Below, one piece after another: positions 55,001 through 64,000 of a stretch of DNA of 64,000 nucleotides (positions are counted from its first letter, which is position 1; the number at the start of each line of letters is the position of its first letter). Made by a program: the position numbers and the translations under genes. Source of the DNA: Octopus sinensis (lineage: Eukaryota). The stretch is from positions 18,054,464 through 18,118,463 of the forward strand of contig NC_043011.1 in NCBI RefSeq assembly GCF_006345805.1. The letters run 5' to 3'. The notes beneath the pieces are model-generated. The model made no database searches, had not been told where the DNA came from, and saw only the letters and a program-made list of their open reading frames with translations.

Positions 55001-55405
55001 ACTCTTTTACTTGTTTCAGTCATTTGACTGCGGCCATGCTGGAGCACCGCCTTTAGTCGAGCAAATCGACCCCGGGACTTATTCTTTGTAAGCCCAGTAC
55101 TTATTCTATCGGTCTCTTATGCCGAACCGCCAAGTGACGGGGATGTAAACACACCAGCATCGGTTGTCAAGCAATGCTGGGGGGACAAACACAGACACAC
55201 AAACATATACACACACACTTATATATATATATACATATATACGACAGGCTTCTTTCAGTTTCCGTCTACCAAATCCACACAAGGCATTGGTCGGCCCGGG
55301 GCTTTAGCAGAAGACACTTGCCCAAGATGCCACGCAGTGGGACTGAAACCGGAACCATGTGGTTGGTTAGCAAGCTACTTACCACACAGCCACTCTTGCG
55401 CCTAT
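55001..55405 (-). mobile_element. tRNA-derived SINE, near full length
   Basis: Minus-strand A box TGGCTGTGTGG and B box GGTTTCAGTCC; internal microsatellite; TGACTGCGGCCATGCTGGAGCACC 3' region. Confidence 0.9.
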
Positions 55406-55557
55406 ATATACATATTTTATATATCTATCCCATGCGGTTATATTTCGTTATTTACACCATTATTTCCATGTGTGTTTCCTTGGGTTTTTCTTATAACCAT
55501 TCTTTACACAACGTACTTAGTCCTTAATAACATATTTCATTTACCAATATTACAAAG

Positions 55558-55691
55558 AGGATAGGTATATAGACAGAGAGGTTAATTTCATCATTAAGAA
55601 GACGATGGTAGTATGTTCATTCTCCGTCTGTTAGACTACTATCATCATGTCCTTAATGATGAAATTAACCTCTCTGTGTATATATCTACCG
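55558..55691. repeat. Foldback hairpin (28-bp outer arms, 9-bp inner arms)
   Basis: AGACAGAGAGGTTAATTTCATCATTAAG (55571-55598) vs CTTAATGATGAAATTAACCTCTCTGTGT (55652-55679). Confidence 0.85.
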
Positions 55692-56434
55692 TCTTTGTAA
55701 TGTAGGGAAATGAAATAGGGATAAGAATGTGTGGCTGAAGATTGCTCGAAAGTTTAAAACTGATGTAACACTTACAGTGTTTTATAAAATGAAGTAGCAT
55801 GAAACAATTTTACTACTCTACATTGGATATCCTTGTTGCTTATTTTGATTATAATGACCCCATTTGATTTATATGGATAATGCTATACAAAATTCTGGTG
55901 CCTTTAACTTAAGTACCATATTCATCTGAATCTAAATTTTGCTGAACTTATATATATATGGCCGCGGCCTTCGGGCTAAAACTTTTTTTAAGGATTTAAG
56001 GATTTAAGGATATATATAAATACATACATATCTTTCAAACCTTATCTTTCACTAGCTTATGTCGAACATATTACAAATACCTGTAACCTGAATTTTCATG
56101 AACACCTTATTGCCCTTACGCATGATTATCTTTACTTATATCGTTAATTATATGATTCGTACCCTTATTGATTTTCCAGTTCTAGGAATTATCCTTTTCT
56201 AATGTGGAGAAATTCAATCTCTTTATTTGTTCAGAATAACGTAAAGTTCGTGCATGATTAAAGAGGAGATTACAGCTAAAACAAGGAATCCCTAGCTATT
56301 TGAATACTTCATGTTTTATCTCTAGCATCATGCGTCCAGGAAAATTACTACTAACACACAATACTCATGCGTGTATATGTGTATGCGCATTGTATTTATG
56401 CGTATATATCTGTATGTCCATTCTGTTAATATAT

Positions 56435-56495
<61 letters not shown>

Positions 56496-56544
56496 TAACA
56501 CAGTGGGCATACACATTCTTATGAAATGGTATATATATATATAT

Positions 56545-56579
<35 letters not shown>

Positions 56580-56656
56580 GGGGTATTATATATATATATA
56601 TACATATATATGTATATATATATATATGAGGTACTATATATATATGTGTATATATG

Positions 56657-56690
<34 letters not shown>

Positions 56691-57472
56691 ATACCATTTC
56701 ATATGAATTTATGGAAACGCAATTATATGCTCACTTTATGAGGGTAAAATATTCAATAATTCGTTTGAACATACTCGAATGAAAAAATATTGCTCTTGTG
56801 TTTGACCAATCTTAGATTTTACTCGACACTTATTCTAGGTGACTACAGTTAGTCTGAATGAGAAGTTTTCATTGTTCTTAGTGTTATTTCCGTTATGTCA
56901 TGGTTAAATAATTATGAAGACAAATTATGCAAATCAGAAAATAAGTAAAAATAGCTTTGCTGTATAAGAAAACGAAATGAGAAATTTATTATTTATTATT
57001 GCAAAATATTTCTTTATCAGATTTTTTAAAAGTAACAATAGAAAACGTTAAGGAAAAACATAAGAAAAAATAAAAAGAAAAAATTAGAAGGAAAAAAACC
57101 AATAATAATCAGCGAGTAGAAAAACATAAATTATATAAATGTTAAAGGTAGATTTGTTCTCGTGTGGAAGATCTCGTGAAAAACAAATGTTGGCTTCAAT
57201 TGAATGAGTCCGTGTCTGTTTAACACATATTTCACAATGAATTGAAATTTGCTTTTATTTGCACTAGACTACAGTTTGTCTACACCTTCATCTATTTTTA
57301 TTTTTCACGCTGAATTTATTTATTTGTTTTTAATTCGGATAAGTCTCCAGAATCTAAGAACTAAATTGAATTTAGTAACAAACATAGAAGATTTTCTTTA
57401 CAATAATGTTTATCAATATTGATATTAATTCTAGTTCTGAAAATTTATTATTAAAAAAATATCACCACCACC

Positions 57473-57507
<35 letters not shown>

Positions 57508-59292
57508 TATCATCATCATCATCAGTATCATCATCATCATCATCATCATCAACACCATCATCGTCGTCGTAGTCATCATCATCATTAGTCCTTATCATCA
57601 TCAGCAACTCTTATTAGGTTTTGCTTATTTATATTGAATAAATGAGTGAATGAGTAAATAAATGAATAAATAAATAAATAAATGCATTGTAAATGTGTGA
57701 TAATTTTGGAAGCAAGCCTTCAAATCAGTTACATGTTTTGGTGTGAGGAATATTTGAATGAATCTAATAAAAACTAGTAAAAAACAAAATATTTTGTTTT
57801 TAAATTAAATTTCAAGATTATGTAAATAAACAAACAAGATTAGTTTAGTATTTTGAGCTCGGATTGTTCAAAGTGTATATCTGTCTATATCGATTTGTTA
57901 TAAAGTTCGAGACAGCTAGTTTTTTGTAGATGGCTGGATATATTGCCAATTGATTGAACACTGGCGTATTGTGTTTTTTGCTTATGTTCAAAAGAAGTAT
58001 ATAACTCAGTGAATAACCCTTGCAATAAACTGGTACGTGGTTTGTTGGCATTAATGAGCTTAAACTGTTCAGCTATGAGGTTTGTTCTGAACATAGATAC
58101 AAAGGAAAATCTCGCACATATTTAATTTTCTCCTTCACTCTCTCTACTAGGGCAAAATCTGCAATTGTTTCAAGTATAATAACATACTGTATTATAAATA
58201 ACACAGCTTCAAATTTGTATGAATACGTTTCAAATTTGCTTGGTCTATGCTGTGAGAAAAATTATTAATGTCCGAAATTGAAATAACAAGTAAGAAATGA
58301 AAGCTGATGAAACACGTCACGGTCTTCACACCTTTATATGTAAGCCATTAATGGGTGCACATATAATTAAAACAAACAGCATTTTCAAAATTAGATAACT
58401 TACTTGATGAGTAATAATTTTGCGTCGTTGAAACTGATTCGCTTTGAATATTACAGAAATACTATAGGACATATTAGCGAAAGTGGCTTTTAGGGAAAGT
58501 GATATTTCATTTCTTATAATGTGCATTCAGACGATGGATGAAAATATATAAGATTATTTAATGTTTTTTACAATTTCATAGCAAATGAACTAAAGGTAAT
58601 TCACACAATAACAAATAATGATCAGACACTTAAAATTTATAAAGTACAACATTATCAAATATAATTACTCTTGTTTTCAAAAAATAGATAAATAAGAACA
58701 ATTTTCAATGTTCATTAGGTAAATCGAACAAAACGAAAATTCATAATAAATTACTGGTGCATATTTTAATTTGGCCAATGTTTAGCAAAACCGAAAAATT
58801 ATTTAATTTCAGACAGAAAACGTTTATGGAAAGATGAATCTGAGCTCCAAACATATGATTTCAGGGACAGTTATACACTGACGTTCACATAGGCGCGCGC
58901 GCACACATATATACACATACACACACACAAACACATACACACACATACACCAAATTCATGCATGCATAGATACAAACATATATACATATATATCTGTACA
59001 AGCGTTGCTTATACAAAGAACAGCCGGACACAATGGAATTAGAAAACTTGCAAATATGAAAATAATAATAATAATGATTTCTTTATTAACCAAAAACGGT
59101 TTACATAAAAACAAAACGTTATGGACGCAACAGGGCAAAAACAATATGGAGTTATATGAAATTCGTGTATACAATGAAAATAAGCAAAATTAATCATTAT
59201 AACAACAACATTTCTAGAACAGCAGACCTACTGGAACTGCTCGTGATAAGTCCTGAGGTCCACAACAGTCCTGACCACTAGGTTAAGTGCTC

Positions 59293-60250
59293 TTTCCGCT
59301 TTGTCTACGGGCGCATGCTTAGAGTAGGTCCACTCACTCGGGCTATTCTTGTAACATTCACCCATTTAACAAAATTGCTGGAGAGGAGATCTTCCCTCTC
59401 CACCCTCGCTACTCTTTTAAAATGAAATTTGAAAAAGTTGATGCGGACTCGGCCAAAGAGAAAATTATCTGTCTCCAGCCCTTTCAAACTGGTCCACTAT
59501 ACAACCTCTTTCGCTAAGGCCACCAGGCAAAGAAAAGCAGCCTACTCTTCCCGGTCATAGGAATGTGGCGAGACTATCCCCATATGAAGTCAACTGATAG
59601 CTGAAGTTGTCCTACACTCGACAGAACGTGTTCGTCATAAACCTGCCAGTCAGAAAGGCTCGGGAACTAGATGAGAGCATGCAGAACAGTTTCGTCGCTT
59701 TACGCACATCTCGAGTAAGCCCGTACTTGTAGAATTTATCTCAAATAGGCAGTTCACCCGGTATTCCGGACATGTCAAGAATTTGTACATATCAACAATA
59801 GACCCCGACCTGAAAGTCCTCCGGAACAGACCAGCCAATTCGTTCATGTCTACACCCAGATTCTCTCCGAGAAAGCCGTCGCACTTACCCGCCACTAACA
59901 CTCTATAGAGCATTGCCCTACTGACAGTGGAGTGTGAGCGCCTAATGTCACTCTAGGTTCAGGGGTCTTTCCTCGGTGCATGCTTTATCCAGGACTGCAG
60001 CCCAGTCATAAAGGAAAGCTGTGGGAAATTACCTAAATTGATCAACGTACCACACATGCCATTCTCCACCCTGTCAATAATGTATCCCATGAGGTGGAGG
60101 TTGCCGTGGATGGATCTGCTTTGGATGGCGCATATTTGCGCATCACCAATCAGTTCCCCGGCAACAATCGCCAACCTCTTTGCTAGCACCTTGTCCAAAA
60201 TTTTCCATTCTGCCTTGAGAAGCGGTATGGGTCGAAAATGTTCTATTTGA
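59293..60250 (-). mobile_element. L1/Tx1-type LINE, internally deleted ORF2 remnant
   Basis: NFRPIPLLKAEWKILDKVLAKRL..QICAI..RSIHGNLHL (early RT), joined to the C-terminal region ending KWVNVTRIARVSGPTLSM. Confidence 0.85.
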
Positions 60251-60254
60251 TCAA

Positions 60255-60519
60255 CCTATACTCTGGTTATGGTTTACTGATGACATATTTGTTCTACTGG
60301 GAGGGATAACAGGATAGTCTAATTGGATTTTTGCATTTCTGTGACTGTTATGCTAAACTCTATGGTTTTATGTCCAACATAATAATTACGTCTAGTTTTT
60401 CCAAAACTAGCGTTGAGTTTTTGGACATAAAAGTTTTATTTTGCAAGCCTAAATTATCCCACATCTATCTCCGCCGTCTCTATGATCATCGACATCATAT
60501 AATTCGGAGAAATCCGAAG
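60255..60519 (+). mobile_element. Penelope-like RT fragment
   Basis: WFTDDIF..(frameshift)..FLHFCDCY..TSSFSKTSVEFLDIKV..YLRRLYDHRHHIIRRNPK. Confidence 0.75.
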
Positions 60520-62172
60520 GGATGCTGCAAGGGCTCATTCGCCTATAAAGATCAGCTACTATTCTCCAGAGCCATAACTGAAGACAATGGCAGAAAGAAG
60601 AAGGGTCTACGTATGGCCTGGATCGATTACCGAACGGTTTTTGATAGAATTCCCCATACATGGATCCTAAAATCTAGCCATGAACTAGGTAGCATCAATA
60701 ATCATAAATTACATAAAACATTCCATAAATGAATGGTAGACTGCTACAGCTCCAGACAAAAGTGGGACTCATAAAAACTAAAGCCATCCCCATTAAAAGA
60801 ATAATATTCCAGTTAGGTGCGCTCTTTCTACTCTTTTTCTGCTTGGCACTGACACCTTTAACTGACATGCTAAACACAAGTGGATGTAGATACAACTGTT
60901 ACGTTAAAAGCAGCCAGCTCTTATATATAGTTGATCTAAAACTGTATGGTACAAATGATAAACAGCTGGAAACATTACTACAGACAGAACATGGATTTGC
61001 CAAAGAAGTACACTTGAAGTTTATCCTAGCAAAATGTATCAAAGCAACCTTGAAAAGAGAAAAAGTAGTTAAGAGTTGCAACATCGCACTAGATAAAGCA
61101 ATTGAGATACGAGAATTATACCAAATCTAAACATACAAATACTTAGGAATCAATGAACTAGATACGATATAACACACACAAATGAAAGAGAAGATAAGAA
61201 AAGAATACTGTAGACGTGTAAGATTAATAATGAAAAGAGCTCAATGCGAAAAATAAGATAATAGGCATCAACACTCCAGCCTTCGCACTTATAAGTTAAC
61301 GCTACAATATTCTTAACTGAACCCTAAATGAACTAATCAAAAGAGACAGGAAAACAAGAAAAATAATGTCATGATTTAGGATGCACCACGAAAACTCTGA
61401 CATAAAATCAAAGATTTTATAAACCTTCCTAAGCAGAGGAAATAGTGAAACAACGAATACAACTGAGAGCCGAACAGCTCAGAATGTATGATAAAGAATG
61501 AAATTTAACGACAAAACTAAGTAATGAAACGGATGAAAAAAATTATAGGGAAATTGGCAAAAGTAAGAAAGAAGTAAAGGAGCCACCTAAGAATGCGGAA
61601 ATGGATATTGTGCAACAAAAAAAGAATATAATGATGAACGTGAGAAAGTGAGAGTGGTTGAATTTCTAGATCAGTTCAATAGGAGTAGATGAAGTTCAAT
61701 GGCAGTAGAAGAGCTAAGATACGTTCTTAGAAAGTTCACAAATGGAGAACCCCACGACTGGACCGTTTCCTTAATTTCAGGTTGATTTGTTTGGCAGAAG
61801 TACACCAAAATGTCACTGCATTCTTAGCTGATGTCATCCAGAACCGAGAGCAACTACCTGCCTGGCTGACTGGAGGAACAACATCCCTTCTACTAAAAAC
61901 TAAACACACGAAACCTCCAAAGAACTACCGACTAATAACATGTCTCAACACCACTTACAACATCCTCACACACATACCAGCTGAAAGAATATACATTTTC
62001 CTTGAATAGAAATCTATGAATTCACAAGCTCAAAAAGACTTTAAAAGGAATTGTTATGGATGGTAAGATCAATTGCCCCATACATATAAGAACAAGCACC
62101 ACCCAAAATTAGATGTTGATCATCTGTACCTACATAGACGTAATGGGGGAAGGGGAATGATGAGGGTAGAAC
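60516..62172 (+). mobile_element. R4/Dong-type LINE RT fragments in scrambled order
   Basis: KGCCKGSFAYKDQLL..MAWIDY..FDRIPHTW; IFQ..LFFCLALTPL..LLYIVDLKLY; DRKTRKIM..MHH; then WLTGGTTSLLLK..KNYRLITCL; then HHPKLDVDHLYLHRRNGGRGM. Confidence 0.88.
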
Positions 62173-63340
62173 TTTTATCTCCACCACCGCTCCGATCATC
62201 TACATCATATAATTCTATCAAATCCGAAATCACAAATTTTGAGGATAAAACGAAGTTCTATTCGAGACATGCAAATGCTTTTGTACATCAGTATATGAAG
62301 CCCGGTTCCAGCGAATCACGATTAAAGGAAATAGCAAATGAAATAGCTAAGATTGGTAAAGATAGTCAAACCGTTATGCGTAATTTTAGCAAACAAAATA
62401 CAACAGATGACAGAATTGCTTCAGTGATTAACTGGCATCGAAGTTTCGCTGGCATTTCAAAAGCGTTGCAGGAAAGTTACCAGCATGTGGTGAAAACATA
62501 TCCCCGGTTCACACAGATATTTCCTCAGCCGCCTATTGTAGCCTTTGGACAGAAAAAGAATATAAGGGAATTAGTGACCTCTATTTCTGACTCCAAGAAA
62601 CGAACATGGGAGTATCTGAATGCTGTACCTTGAAAAGCAGCCACAAGGGAGGTAAGACCTGTCCATTGTGCAACAACATGAATCAAGTAAATACCATATG
62701 AAATGTTATGATTTATACAGAAGGTGGGACATGTGGAGATTGCCATTTGTTGTACACGCCAGAATGCACGAAACACAACTTGATTTATGTTGGTTGTATA
62801 ACAGCACAATTGAACAAAAGATTTGATGGGCGCAGATTCGACGACAGGCAGAATAACAGTAGTTCTACAGAACTTGCCGAACATTTCGTTTCAAACGGCT
62901 GAAATTTAGAAAAAGGCTTGAAAGTGCATATTTTCAGAAAATATGTATCTGCTTCACTTTCACTTCTCAGAAAGCATAAGGTGAAATATCCTTACGGGTT
63001 ATTAACGTCACTCCCTGGAGAAACAGATAAAATGACAGGAGAATATCCTCAAATTTATACAAAACTCTTTGATTAAATATTTTTTTTTATATCCTCTCCT
63101 TTTTCTTTCCTCTTTTTTCGGTCTCTTTTGACTGACTTTTTCTTTTTCCCAGTTATAAAAGTGAAATTTAAAGAATGATGATGACATTCCATCTAAGTCC
63201 TTGTTCATACTTTAAATTTAAATTGCTATCATTTTGAGTTTTTATCCCTTTGTATTTTGAACTCGACAATGATAGACGTACTGTCAAAATATCGTCCAAC
63301 CAATAAAATATCCATTACAATCGACTCGCGCTCTTCATAT
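62172..63340 (+). mobile_element. Penelope-like element 3' part (thumb, linker, CxxC, GIY-YIG, pLTR), decayed
   Basis: YLHHRSDH..PKSQILRI; IFPQPPIVAFGQKKNIRELV; KTCPLC; CTKHNLIYVGCITAQLNKRF..ELAEHF; degenerate hammerhead-like hairpin at about 63257-63299. Confidence 0.82.
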
Positions 63341-63345
63341 TGTCT

Positions 63346-64000
63346 ATTATTATTATTATTATTTTTCTTCTTCTTTCAAATTTGCTTCCATTTCTTGCCG
63401 AGCGTCTTCCCTACTCCTAGGGCAAAGAAACTCATAGTATACATTGGTAGGCCATTAAACCAAACTCAATAGTTCGTTAATTTTTTTTTTATGGTTAAAT
63501 TAAAATACATGGGCAGTACCAGCTCTCACAGCGACAATGCTCTTCTCAATACGTGTGATGTACCAGTTAAGACAATCTTTTGCACATCTTGCAGGGATGG
63601 TAAGCCAGGGATCATTCTCATATAATTTTCGGTTCCCTTCTTGATCATTCCTTGTGCTCCTACGATCACTGGTATTGTAACCGCCTTGAGATGCCACATT
63701 TTCTCAATTTCAATGAGTAGGTCTTTATATTTTCTGAGCTTGTCAAACTCTTTCGCCGAGATATTATGATCACAGGGGATGCTCATGTCGATCAATAAGC
63801 AAACTTTATTGTTTTTGTCTTTCACAACAATATCTGGTTTATTGGCTTTGATGGTTCGGTCTGTATGTACTGGAAAGTCCCACAGAATCGTTACATTTTC
63901 TCCTTCAGTTACAGCTTCAGGGTGGTGATTATACCACTTGTCGGCAATTTTAATATTGTAATGCCGACTTATTAGCCAGTATAGATATTGGCCAACTCTG
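63346..64000 (-). mobile_element. R4/Dong-type LINE 3' end with (TAA)n tail; runs off the window edge
   Basis: Endonuclease ORF, a 3' UTR, and (TAA)n at about 63346-63363. Confidence 0.92.
63526..63999 (-). CDS. Restriction-like (PD-D/ExK) endonuclease domain of a non-LTR retrotransposon, partial and uninterrupted
   Basis: Open frame from the window edge: RVGQYLYWLISRHY..ILWDFPVHTDRTIKANKPDIVVKDK..LLIDMSIP..KEFDKLRKYKDL..IPVIVGA..RRALSL*. Confidence 0.9.
   Translation of the reverse strand, partial: RVGQYLYWLISRHYNIKIADKWYNHHPEAVTEGENVTILWDFPVHTDRTIKANKPDIVVKDKNNKVCLLIDMSIPCDHNISAKEFDKLRKYKDLLIEIEKMWHLKAVTIPVIVGAQGMIKKGTENYMRMIPGLPSLQDVQKIVLTGTSHVLRRALSL

Overview
AT-rich, microsatellite-saturated eukaryotic (animal) genomic DNA with no prokaryotic features. 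The SINE families resemble octopus/coleoid cephalopod tRNA-derived SINEs, which is an inference from recalled sequence similarity. No host protein-coding gene could be identified with confidence, and most ORF-track entries are microsatellite translations. The window is a graveyard of mobile elements: one full-length irritans-like mariner with TIRs and TA TSD, three other Tc1/mariner remnants, Helitron fragments, tRNA-derived SINEs, R4/Dong-type, L1/Tx1-type and CR1/L2-type LINE fragments, and several Penelope-like element (PLE) pieces, including an inverted pair of GIY-YIG domains with a CxCx5C linker (Hydra-type). The most interesting signals are RNA-level. There are many type I hammerhead-ribozyme-like motifs, often in inverted or palindromic pairs, and in four different repeat families the core reads CCG- rather than CUG- (U4C). 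There are also two TSD-flanked short non-coding retroposons that look like internally deleted RTE LINEs with a conserved UUCG hairpin.
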